A stretch of 56,391 nt of DNA from Armatimonadota bacterium (GTDB lineage Bacteria > Sysuimicrobiota > Sysuimicrobiia > Sysuimicrobiales > Kaftiobacteriaceae). Positions 48,213 through 56,189 of the stretch are shown here, piece by piece; position 1 is the stretch's first letter; each line of letters opens with the position of its first letter. The position numbers and the translations under genes were made by a program. The stretch is taken from the NCBI GenBank assembly GCA_037440005.1, contig JBBIUY010000017.1:1-56391 (forward strand), given 5' to 3'. The notes under the pieces are model-generated. The model saw nothing but the letters and a program-made list of their open reading frames with translations. It was not told where the DNA came from and made no database searches.

Positions 48213-49523
48213 CTACAACCCCAGCACCCTCCGCGCCACCTCGAAGTAGATCACCAGGCCCGTCCCGTCCACCAGGGTGGCGATCAGCGGCGCCGACACC
48301 ACGGCCGGGTCTACGCCCAGCCGGCGCAGCACCAGGGGCAGCAGCCCGGCCACCGTGGCCGCCCACAGGACGATGGCCCCGGCGGCCAGGGCCACCGTCA
48401 GGCCCACCTCCACCGGGACGCCCAGCAGCCGGGCCCGGACCAGCGCGGCGGCGGCCATGGCCGACCCCAGCAGGACGGCGGTGGCCACCTCCTTGCGCCA
48501 GACCCGGAAGGCGTCCCGCAGCCGCACCTCGCCCATGGCCATGGCCCGGATCACGGTGGTGACCGTCTGGGAGCCGGTGTTCCCGCCGGTGCCGATGAGC
48601 AGGGGGATGAAGAAGGCCAGCGCCACCACCCGCTCCAGCTCGTCGGCGAAGTGGCGCAGCACCGAGCCGGTGTACGCCTCGGCCACGAACAGCAGCAGCA
48701 GCCAGCCTACCCGCTTGCGGGCCAGGGTCAGGGGAGAGGCGGTGAGGTAGGGTTCGTCCAGCGGCTGCGCGCCGCCCAGGCGCTCCAGATCCTCCCCGGC
48801 CTCCTCCAGCAGGACGTCGGCCGCGTCGTCGGCGGTGATCACGCCCAGCAGCCGGTCCTGGTCGTCCACCACCGGTAGCGCGATCAGGTGGTGCCGGTCC
48901 AGCAGCCGGGCGGCCTCCTCCCGGGGTGCACTCGCCCGCACCCGGATCACGTCCCGGATCATCAGGTCGCGCACCGGCGTGGTGGGCCGGCTGAGGACCA
49001 GGTTGCGCAGGGACAGCACGCCCAGCAGCCGCCCGGTGGCCGGGTCGGTCACGTACACGTAGTAGACCACCTCCGCCTCCTCGGCCAGCCGCCGCAGGTG
49101 CGCCAGCGCCTCGTCGGCGGTCAGGTCCGGGGAGACGGCCACGTACTGGGGGGTCATCAGCCCGCCGGCGCTGTCGGGCGGGTAGGCCAGCAGCTCCCGG
49201 ATCTCCTGGGCGGTCTCCGGCTCCACCTCGGTGAGCAGCGGCTCGGCCTGCTCGGGCGGCAGCTCCTCCACCACGTCGGCCGCCTCGTCGGGGGCCATCT
49301 CCTCCAGCAGGTCGGCGGCCGCCGGCCGACTGAGCTTGCGGATCAGGCGGGCGGCGTCCCGGGGGTCCAGCTCGCCCACCAGCTCGGCCATGGCCTCGTC
49401 CCCGAACCGTTCGAACAGGGCGGCCAGCTCGGCGGGGGACAGAGCCAGCAGCGTGTCGGCCAGGTCCCGGGGCGGCAGAGCCCGCAGCGCGTCCAGGTCG
49501 GGCGCGGTCACGGAGTGGGGCAT
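48213..49523 (-). CDS. mgtE: Magnesium transporter MgtE
   Basis: Acidic N-domain, SAGGLMT CBS pair, GTGGNTGSQ, DPAVVSAPLIATLVD. Confidence 0.94.
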   Translation of the reverse strand: MPHSVTAPDLDALRALPPRDLADTLLALSPAELAALFERFGDEAMAELVGELDPRDAARLIRKLSRPAAADLLEEMAPDEAADVVEELPPEQAEPLLTEVEPETAQEIRELLAYPPDSAGGLMTPQYVAVSPDLTADEALAHLRRLAEEAEVVYYVYVTDPATGRLLGVLSLRNLVLSRPTTPVRDLMIRDVIRVRASAPREEAARLLDRHHLIALPVVDDQDRLLGVITADDAADVLLEEAGEDLERLGGAQPLDEPYLTASPLTLARKRVGWLLLLFVAEAYTGSVLRHFADELERVVALAFFIPLLIGTGGNTGSQTVTTVIRAMAMGEVRLRDAFRVWRKEVATAVLLGSAMAAAALVRARLLGVPVEVGLTVALAAGAIVLWAATVAGLLPLVLRRLGVDPAVVSAPLIATLVDGTGLVIYFEVARRVLGL

Positions 49524-49566
49524 GGGTCTCCCTCCGGGGCGGGGTCAGAGCGGACGCCGGCCGGGC

Positions 49567-50937
49567 CTACCCCGACGGCCGGGACGGCTCCATGCCGGCG
49601 AACCGCTCAAACAGCAGGGCCACGTGCTTGATGTGCTGGACGAAGTCGTCCAGGCGGATGTTCTCGTTGGGAGCGTGGGCGTTGCTGTGGGCGTACCCGC
49701 AGCCGGTCCCCACGGTGGGCGTGCCGAACCGGGCCGCCAGCTCGTACATGGGGCCGGTGGCCGCCATCAGCGGGGACACCACCGGGTCCCGCCCGTAGAC
49801 CTCCCGGGCGGTCTCCTGCACCGCGCGGGCCAGCGGCGAGTCCACCGGGGTGCGGGCGGGCCGCTCGGCGCCCAGCAGGCGCACCTGGATGTCGGCGAAG
49901 CCGCGCTGGGCCAGGTGGCGGGTGACCTTCTCGAAGATGTCGTCGGGGCGCTGGTCGGGCACCAGCCGGAAGTCCACCTTGGCGGTGGCCCGGTGGGGCA
50001 GGACCGTCTTGCTGCCGGGCCCGGTGTAGCCGGCCGACAGGCCGCAGATGGTGCAGGTGGGCTGGTAGAGGTTGCGCTTGACCAGCTGCAGCCCCGTCAC
50101 CCCCAGCAGGAACTGCTCGATGCCCAAATCCCGCCGCCGCAGCTCGTCGTCCCGGACGGCGGCCAGGCGGCGCAGGTGCTCCATCTCCTCGGGGGTCGGC
50201 TCCACCACGTCGTCGTAGAACCCCTCGATGAGGATGTTCTCGTGCCGGTCCTTGAAGGTGGACAGCGCCCACACCAGCCGCCAGGCCGGGTTGGGCACGA
50301 TGGTGGCCTGGCTGCTGTGCAGGTCGCGGTTGGCGCCCCGGGCCTCCAGTTCGATGTAGAGGATCCCCTTGGCGCCCATGTAGATGCCCAGGTTCTCCTG
50401 GAGGTCCTTGCCGCCGGCCTCCCACAGGCAGCCGTCGGCCCGCACCAGGTCGGGATGCTGGCGCACGAACTCGTGCAGGTGGCCTGAGGACACCTCCTCT
50501 TCCCCTTCCACCACAAACCGCACCCGCAGCGGCAGCCGGCCCCGGGTGGCCAGCCAGGCCTCCACCGCGCACAGGCGGGCCACCAGGTTGCCCTTGTTGT
50601 CGGCGGCGCCCCGGGCGTACAGTTTGCCGTCCCGGATCTCGGCGGCAAAGGGCGGGGAGTCCCACTCGTCCAGGGGGTCGGGAGGCTGCACGTCGTAGTG
50701 GTTGTAGATCAGCAGGGTGCGGGGGCCGTCCCCCACCTCCCCGACCACCACGGGGGCGCCGGCGGTGTCGAACAGGTGGGGGCGGATGCCGATGCGGGCC
50801 ATCAGGTCCGCCACCATCTGGGCGGTCTCCCGCAGCCCCACCTGCTGGGCGGCGATACTGGGCTGGCGGCACAACCACTGCAGGCGTTCGACGAACTCCT
50901 GACGGTGCGCGTCGATGTAGGCGAACAGGTCGGTCAT
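49567..50937 (-). CDS. M20/M25/M40 family metallo-hydrolase (dipeptidase-like)
   Basis: YNHYDVQP, RGAADNKG, EGEEE, DLHS, HAPNE. Confidence 0.92.
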   Translation of the reverse strand: MTDLFAYIDAHRQEFVERLQWLCRQPSIAAQQVGLRETAQMVADLMARIGIRPHLFDTAGAPVVVGEVGDGPRTLLIYNHYDVQPPDPLDEWDSPPFAAEIRDGKLYARGAADNKGNLVARLCAVEAWLATRGRLPLRVRFVVEGEEEVSSGHLHEFVRQHPDLVRADGCLWEAGGKDLQENLGIYMGAKGILYIELEARGANRDLHSSQATIVPNPAWRLVWALSTFKDRHENILIEGFYDDVVEPTPEEMEHLRRLAAVRDDELRRRDLGIEQFLLGVTGLQLVKRNLYQPTCTICGLSAGYTGPGSKTVLPHRATAKVDFRLVPDQRPDDIFEKVTRHLAQRGFADIQVRLLGAERPARTPVDSPLARAVQETAREVYGRDPVVSPLMAATGPMYELAARFGTPTVGTGCGYAHSNAHAPNENIRLDDFVQHIKHVALLFERFAGMEPSRPSG

Positions 50938-51006
50938 GGATCTGTTCTGACTGTTTCCCGCCGGCGCCGCACGACCCCTGCCGGACCCGGGGGGACCGCG
51001 CACCAC

Positions 51007-51702
51007 TCACCCGGACGGCTCCGGGGAGCCGGCCTCTCCCGCCGCCTGCACCAGGGAGTGCACGAACACCTCTTCGGGCTGGGCGCCGACGAACTCCACC
51101 ACGTCGTTGATGACGACCTTGGGCACCGCGTAGACCCCGTAGCGCTCGGCCAGGTCGGGGAACTCGCTGGCCTCCACGATGTCGGCGCGCACCCGGGGAC
51201 TCTCCACCGCCAGGTGGGCGGCCAGCCTGGCCGCCCGGGGACAGTGGGGTCAGGTGGGGGTGACGAACACCTGGATGTGCGCGTCGCCCCGCAGGCGCGC
51301 CAGGACCTCCCGGGTGGACGGGGACAGCTCCCCGCGGCCGCGGGAGGCCGCCACGATCATCTCCAGCAGGGTGGCGAACTCGTAGCCGGCGGGCATGCCG
51401 TAAAACCGCAGGCCGTAGTCCTGCGCGCCCAGGATCGCCGTGGCCGGGGTGCGGGCGATCCCCCGGGCCCGGGCCCGCTCGGGGTCGGCCAGGGTGCTGA
51501 CGGGGACGAGGGTCACGAGCGGGGACAGGGAGGCCACCTCGCCGAGGATCTGGCGCACGTACTCGGCAATCTGCCCGTCGTCGGTGGGCAGGGCGAGACC
51601 GCTGGTGGTGGGCGCAAAGAACTCCAGGGTCACCGGGTCCACCATCTCGCGGGCGAGGCGGTCCCGCACGAAGGCGGCGTCCTGATCGCTGAGGAACGGC
51701 AT
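51007..51702 (-). CDS. Protein-disulfide oxidoreductase (AhpF-NTD/PDO), predicted selenoprotein (UPHC), 231 aa
   Basis: Two track ORFs join in frame across TGA at 51250-51252: VFVTPT-U-PHC-PRAA..AVES..EF.DLA.RYGV.AVP; FYGMPAGYEF motif; GGAGG RBS. Confidence 0.88.
51216..51236 (-). promoter_or_regulatory. Putative bacterial SECIS hairpin
   Basis: GGGCGGCC-AGGCU-GGCCGCCC stem-loop starting 13 nt after the in-frame UGA. Confidence 0.65.
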
Positions 51703-51766
51703 GGGCATCCTCCGGTGTCTCCGTGATACGATTATGATAACCGCCGCGGGCGGGGTGCCCATTCCC

Positions 51767-52162
51767 ATGGACGAGCGGGACGGCCGGCCGGCGGCCGCGG
51801 CCCTGGAGCTGGACTACCGGGTGCTGGCGCACCTGCGGGGCTATCCCGAGGAGTTGCGCCGCTACACCACCCTGATGAAGCAGGCCCACCCCCGCGGGCT
51901 CTCCGCCGCGCAGTTCCTGCTGACCCGGGCCGGCGCCGGGGAGGGGTTCCTGGAAGCCGTCTGCCGGCTGGTGAGCGACGGGGTGGACGTGGTCACCGCC
52001 GTCGAAGCCGCCGAGATGGTGGGCGGGCCGCCGGCGGAGCTGGCCGCCCGCCCGGGGTTTCCCGCCCCGCTGCACGGCGCGGGAACGCGGGCCCTGTGGC
52101 GGCGCGCGGACGTGGAGCGGTACGCGCGGCAGCAGGCTCCGCCCGGCGGGGAGTCGTCCTGA
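51767..52162 (+). CDS. Hypothetical protein with C-terminal AlpA/excisionase-like HTH
   Basis: VTAVEAAEMVG..PGFPAP..LWRRADVERY tail; GC3-biased codons. Confidence 0.65.
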   Translation: MDERDGRPAAAALELDYRVLAHLRGYPEELRRYTTLMKQAHPRGLSAAQFLLTRAGAGEGFLEAVCRLVSDGVDVVTAVEAAEMVGGPPAELAARPGFPAPLHGAGTRALWRRADVERYARQQAPPGGESS

Positions 52163-52191
52163 GGAGGTCAGGCCCGCGCGGGCCGACGGCG

Positions 52192-52425
52192 ATGGGCAAA
52201 CTGGCCCTGTGGGTCGTCTGCGGGAGCTGCGGCCGCGAGTTCGACACCGGATTGCGGCTGGACCGCCGCAGTTTCGCCCGCGGGACCCTGGCGGCCAACT
52301 ACCACCGCTGTCCGTTCTGCGGCCAGCGGCTGACCTACCGCAAGGCCGACTACCGGCCGCGGGACGAGACCACGGGGCAGGAAGCCCGCCGGGCGGGGCC
52401 GAACCCCAGCCGGGAGGGGACCTGA
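52192..52425 (+). CDS. Zinc-ribbon microprotein 1 (77 aa)
   Basis: CGSC...HRCPFC. Confidence 0.7.
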   Translation: MGKLALWVVCGSCGREFDTGLRLDRRSFARGTLAANYHRCPFCGQRLTYRKADYRPRDETTGQEARRAGPNPSREGT

Positions 52426-52426
52426 G

Positions 52427-52600
52427 GTGCGAGCGCAGGCGCCCACGTGTCCCAACTGTGACACCGTGATGGTCCTCCGCTACGAACCCGACGAGGTCCA
52501 CGGGCTGTGGTACGAGTGCACCATCTGCGACTACCGCATCGTGGCCGATGCGGCCGGCCTGGAAGCGGAGGGCCAGCGGCGTCATTCTCCCGCCCGCTAG
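52427..52600 (+). CDS. Zinc-ribbon microprotein 2 (57 aa)
   Basis: Not in track: MRAQAPTCPNCDTVMVLRYEPDEVHGLWYECTICDYRIVADAAGLEAEGQRRHSPAR*; GTG 1 nt after the previous stop, GGAGGGG RBS. Confidence 0.72.
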   Translation: MRAQAPTCPNCDTVMVLRYEPDEVHGLWYECTICDYRIVADAAGLEAEGQRRHSPAR

Positions 52601-52670
52601 GATCCCCGGCTCCGGCGCATGCCGAGCCCGCCGTCCACCGTCCGGGCCCCGGACGCCCGGAGGTGCCCCG

Positions 52671-52841
52671 ATGGAACTCCCCCTGACCGCCCCCTGCCCC
52701 CAGTGCGGCGCGGAGATGGAGCCGCGGGGCCGGGCCCGGCGCGGCCGCGCGGTGTACGTCTGCCCCGACTGCGGTCACGAGGCGGAGATGGACGCGCTGG
52801 AAGAGCCGGCCGACGAGGACGAGGAGCCCGACGACAGGTAG
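52671..52841 (+). CDS. Zinc-ribbon microprotein 3 (56 aa, acidic tail)
   Basis: MELPLTAPCPQCGAEM...YVCPDCG..DEDEEPDDR; GGAGG RBS. Confidence 0.72.
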   Translation: MELPLTAPCPQCGAEMEPRGRARRGRAVYVCPDCGHEAEMDALEEPADEDEEPDDR

Positions 52842-52860
52842 CGGCGACGCGCCGGCGCCC

Positions 52861-54474
52861 TCAGGCGTCCTCCCAGCCGGGGCCCCTGTAGACGACCTCG
52901 CCCGCCACCACCGTGGCTGCGACCCGGACCTGCAGGAGGTCGTCTGCGGTCCCGGCGAACGGGTCGCGGTCCAGCACCACCAGGTCGGCCGCGGTCCCGG
53001 GCGCAAGGGTTCCCCGGACGCGCTCGTCCCCGCAGGCGTAGGCGGCGCCGACGGTATACGCCCGCACCGCGTCCTCCAGAGGGAGGGCCTGCTCGGGATG
53101 CCAGGTGTCCTGGGGCAGGTCCCCGGGCCGCCGCCGGGTGACGGCCGCAAACAGCCCCGCCAGCACGTCGGGAGGCTCGACCGGCGCGTCGGAGCCGAAG
53201 GCCAGCACGGCGCCCGCGTCCCGCAGCGACCGCCACGGGTAGGCCCACCGGCACCGGGAGCCCCAGTACCGCCGGGCGACCTCGCGGTCGCTGGTGCAGT
53301 GCACCGGCTGCATGGAGGCCACCACCCCCAGAGCCGCCAGGCGGGGCAGGTCGTCGGGGTGGACCAGCTGGGCGTGCTCGATGCGGTGGCGCAGCCCCTG
53401 CCGGCGGGTGGCGGCCTCGTGGCGCTGGAACGCGTCCAGGGTCCAGCGCACGGCCCGGTCGCCGATGGCGTGCACCGCGCACCACCAGCCCGCCTGGACG
53501 GCGCGGCCCACCAGCTCGGTGAGCTCGTCCCGACCGTAGACGGCGATGCCGGTGTTGTGCGGCTGGCCCTCGAAGGGCTCCAGCATGCTGGCCGTCTGGG
53601 ACCCCAGCGTGCCGTCGGCGAAGATCTTGACTGGCCCCACCCGCACCCACCCGTCTCCCTGGCCGGTGCGCAGGCCGTCTGCGGCGTCGTCCAGGACGCC
53701 CGCGGGCATCGCCACCCACACCCGCACCCGCAGCCGCCCCCGCTCCGCCAGGCGCCGGCAGGCCCGCAGGGTCGCCTCCCCTTCGGCGGGGTCGGTGCCG
53801 ACCATCGCGTGCACGCCGACGATCCCCCGCTCGTGGAGGGCCGCAGCCGCCCGGACCACCGCCCGCTCCACCGCCGTCTCGTCCGGCGGCGGGACGACGC
53901 GCCAGATCAGGTCCGTGGCCCGTTCCTTCAGAACCCCGGAAGGTTCTCCGCCCGCGTCCCGGACGATCTCACCGCCGGGCGGATCGGAGGTCTGGCGGCC
54001 GATCCGGGCCAGGCGCAGGGCCAGGGAGTTGACCCACAGCAGGTGCCCGTCTTTGCTGGCCAGGGCGACCGGGTGGCGGGGGCTGACCGGGTCCAGGTCG
54101 GCCCGGGTGGGCAGGCGCCTCTCCGGCCAGACGTTCCTGTCCCACCCGCGGCCCAGCACCCACCCACCGGGCGGGTGACGGACGACCGCGCCGGCCACCA
54201 GCGCCACCGCCTCCCCCAGCGTGCGGGCGGCCTGCAGGTCCAGCCGCTCGAGGCTGAAGCCGTACCCGGCCAGGTGGATGTGGCTGTCGATGAAGCCGGG
54301 CAGGACCGTCCGCCCGCTCAGGTCCACCCGGACGGCCCGCCCGGACGCCCCGGCCAGGTCGGAGGACGCGCCGGCGGCGACGATCCGCCCATCCCGGACC
54401 AGCAGCGCCTCCACCACCGGCCGGGCCGGATCCAGGGTGTAGATGCGACCCCCGCTGAACAGGATGTCCGTCAT
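52861..54474 (-). CDS. YtcJ-like amidohydrolase (Amidohydro_3), second copy
   Basis: PGFIDSHIH, KIFADG, HAIGD, RIEHAQ, GSDAP. Confidence 0.9.
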   Translation of the reverse strand: MTDILFSGGRIYTLDPARPVVEALLVRDGRIVAAGASSDLAGASGRAVRVDLSGRTVLPGFIDSHIHLAGYGFSLERLDLQAARTLGEAVALVAGAVVRHPPGGWVLGRGWDRNVWPERRLPTRADLDPVSPRHPVALASKDGHLLWVNSLALRLARIGRQTSDPPGGEIVRDAGGEPSGVLKERATDLIWRVVPPPDETAVERAVVRAAAALHERGIVGVHAMVGTDPAEGEATLRACRRLAERGRLRVRVWVAMPAGVLDDAADGLRTGQGDGWVRVGPVKIFADGTLGSQTASMLEPFEGQPHNTGIAVYGRDELTELVGRAVQAGWWCAVHAIGDRAVRWTLDAFQRHEAATRRQGLRHRIEHAQLVHPDDLPRLAALGVVASMQPVHCTSDREVARRYWGSRCRWAYPWRSLRDAGAVLAFGSDAPVEPPDVLAGLFAAVTRRRPGDLPQDTWHPEQALPLEDAVRAYTVGAAYACGDERVRGTLAPGTAADLVVLDRDPFAGTADDLLQVRVAATVVAGEVVYRGPGWEDA

Positions 54475-54487
54475 CCGACGGCACGCG

Positions 54488-55036
54488 TCACCAGGCCGCC
54501 CGGTCGGCGATCCAGTCGTACAGGTACACGCGCACGCGCTTGTACACCAGGAAGGTGATCAGCGAGCTGGCGACGCCCTTGAGGAGGTTGAAGGGGAGCA
54601 GGGCCGGCAGGACCAGGGCGACGACCTGGTCCCGCGGGATGCCGTAGAAGACCGGGGTGAGAACGACGTTGGCGGCGATCATCACGCCGGTCATCGCCGC
54701 CACGCCCAGGGCCAGGGACTTCAGCGCGCCGGCCTTGGTGCGCTCCACCCGGTAGTACCACCCGGCGACGGCCACCAGGGTGACCCCCGCCAGGAAGTTC
54801 ATGAAGATGCCGAACGGCCCCCCGGTGGTCCCCGACCGGAACATGCCGATGAGCAGCGCCTTTACCGACTCCACCGCCACGCCGTAGCCGGGGCCCAGGG
54901 CGAAGGCGGCCACCAGAGCCGGCACCTCGCTGGGATCGTATTTCAGAAACACGGGGAAGCCGGGCAGCGGGAAGTCGAAGTACATGAAGGCGAAGGCCAC
55001 AGCCCCCAAAACGCCCACCTGCGCCAGGCGCCTCAT
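54488..55036 (-). CDS. ribU: ECF transporter S component, riboflavin
   Basis: FLKYDPSEVP, GP..G, ANVVLTPVFY, PFNLLKG; FMN riboswitch upstream. Confidence 0.88.
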   Translation of the reverse strand: MRRLAQVGVLGAVAFAFMYFDFPLPGFPVFLKYDPSEVPALVAAFALGPGYGVAVESVKALLIGMFRSGTTGGPFGIFMNFLAGVTLVAVAGWYYRVERTKAGALKSLALGVAAMTGVMIAANVVLTPVFYGIPRDQVVALVLPALLPFNLLKGVASSLITFLVYKRVRVYLYDWIADRAAW

Positions 55037-55071
55037 CCCTGCCCCTCCTGCGGACGACCGAGGGGCAGGGA
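55036..55071 (-). promoter_or_regulatory. RBS-sequestering hairpin of ribU leader
   Basis: 12-bp stem TCCCTGCCCCTC/GAGGGGCAGGGA covering the SD and the A of ATG. Confidence 0.7.
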
Positions 55072-55195
55072 CCGGGGATCGGGGACCCGACGCGGTCCTG
55101 CACCGATCCCGGCGCACGGCAGCCTGAGCCGGCTCCCGAGCGGGAACTGCCACCGCCAGCCATCCCCCGCGCCGGTCCGCCAGGTCTCAGGCGCC

Positions 55196-55366
55196 CGACC
55201 TTCTCCCATCCGGACTGTACCGTCGGCCCCGGACTCTCACCGGTGTCCACCGCCCTCCCGCGCGTGGGACGCGAGACAGCGGGTCGCGGGCTCCAGCCCC
55301 TTCAGGCTGTTACCGCCGGTCGGGAATTGCCCCGCCGCAGCGGAGCTCACCCTGCCCCGAAGGTCG
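55196..55366 (-). ncRNA. FMN riboswitch (RFN element)
   Basis: CTTCGGGGCAGGGTGA..AATTCCCGACCGGCGGT..AGCCCGCGA..CCGGTGA..TCCGGGGCCGACGGT..AGTCCGGATGGGAGAAG. Confidence 0.95.
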
Positions 55367-55388
55367 CGCTGTGTGGTTGTCGCCACCC

Positions 55389-55417
55389 ATGCTAGCATGG
55401 AGGCGGAGACGGGTCAA
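55389..55417 (-). promoter_or_regulatory. Promoter of FMN riboswitch-ribU
   Basis: TTGACC-N17-TAGCAT with extended TG. Confidence 0.65.
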
Positions 55418-55423
55418 CGCGCT

Positions 55424-55463
55424 CGTTCCACCGTTCCAACGCTCCAACGCTCCAACGTTCCAC
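55424..55463 (+). repeat. Five tandem 8-bp repeats CGYTCCAM
   Basis: CGTTCCAC CGTTCCAA CGCTCCAA CGCTCCAA CGTTCCAC. Confidence 0.85.
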
Positions 55464-55494
55464 CCACCCGCCGACGATGAGGAAGGGTGACGTC

Positions 55495-55902
55495 ATGAAG
55501 CGCGTCCTGTTCGTCTGAGTGGGCAACAGCGCCCGCTCCCAGATGGCGGAAGGCCTGTTCAACAGCATGGCCCCGCCAGGGTGGCGGGCCAGCTCCGCGG
55601 GCACGGAGCCGGCAGCGCAGGTGCGGCCGCAGGCCGTGGAGGTGATGCGGGAGGTGGGCATCGACATCTCCGCCCACCGTCCCAAGCACCTCCGGGACGC
55701 CCTGGGTCCCGATGTGGCCCTGGTGGTGGGGCTGTGCGCCGAAGAGGCGTGTCCGGTGGTCCCGGGCGCGGCCAGCGAACACTGGCCGCTGCCCGATCCG
55801 GCGGGGGCCACCGACCCGGGGGTGTACCGGGCCCTGCGGGACGAGCTGCGCCGGCGGATCGCCGACCTGGTCCGCCGGCTGCAGGACGAGACGGCCGGGT
55901 GA
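55495..55902 (+). CDS. arsC: Thioredoxin-type (LMW-PTP fold) arsenate reductase, predicted selenoprotein (U8), 135 aa
   Basis: ATG 55495 with RBS: MKRVLFV-TGA(55516-55518)-VGNSARSQMAEG; SAGT.PA, GIDIS, C81/C86 (LCAEEACP), HWPLPDP. Confidence 0.85.
55525..55559 (+). promoter_or_regulatory. Putative SECIS-like hairpin in arsC
   Basis: AACAG/CTGTT, GCC/GGC and CGCT/GGCG stems around a CCCAGAT loop, 6 nt after UGA; folded by eye. Confidence 0.45.
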
Positions 55903-55905
55903 GGC

Positions 55906-56097
55906 CTACTCCTCGGGCGGCCCGACGGTGATGCGGACGCGGGAGACGCCCACCGCCTGCAGGGCCGCCCGCAGCCGCTCGGCCGCCTGGAGCACCACGT
56001 CGGCGGGCAGGGCTCCCTCGGCCTCCAGCGCCACCTCGGCCCGCCGGGTTCCGTTCTCCTCCCGAGTGATCCGGATCTGCTGCGCGGTCACGGCCAT
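55906..56097 (-). CDS. Small hypothetical protein (63 aa)
   Basis: MAVTAQQIRITREENG..VRITVGPPEE; GGAGAGG RBS; beta-beta-alpha-beta pattern. Confidence 0.6.
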   Translation of the reverse strand: MAVTAQQIRITREENGTRRAEVALEAEGALPADVVLQAAERLRAALQAVGVSRVRITVGPPEE

Positions 56098-56131
56098 GGC
56101 GCCCTCTCCACCCTCACCGTACCGGGCGAAG

Positions 56132-56158
56132 GTCAAGGGCGCGTCAAGGGCGTGTGAA
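56132..56158 (-). promoter_or_regulatory. Putative Pho box (three 11-bp-spaced TT(C/G)AC units)
   Basis: TTCAC-acgccc-TTGAC-gcgccc-TTGAC followed by TACGGT, between phoU and the small gene. Confidence 0.55.
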
Positions 56159-56189
56159 GCCCGCCCCGTCGCCCCCCGCGCCGCTCCCC

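Noticed and set aside
48150..48213. tRNA-anchored integrative element
   Set aside because: No integrase and no duplicated tRNA 3' end were noticed; flanks are housekeeping genes.
54488..55153. Longer 221-aa RibU start
   Set aside because: The extension lies in the riboswitch expression platform; the SD and ATG at 55036 fit the S-component size.
55424..55463. CRISPR array (also considered for 25751-25831 and 33973-34014)
   Set aside because: Units are too short or degenerate, there are no proper unique spacers, and no cas genes are present.
51250..55518. Genome-wide UGA reassignment (Trp/Gly) explaining the in-frame TGAs
   Set aside because: TGA terminates many intact genes here and Trp is encoded by TGG; both internal TGAs align to Cys positions.
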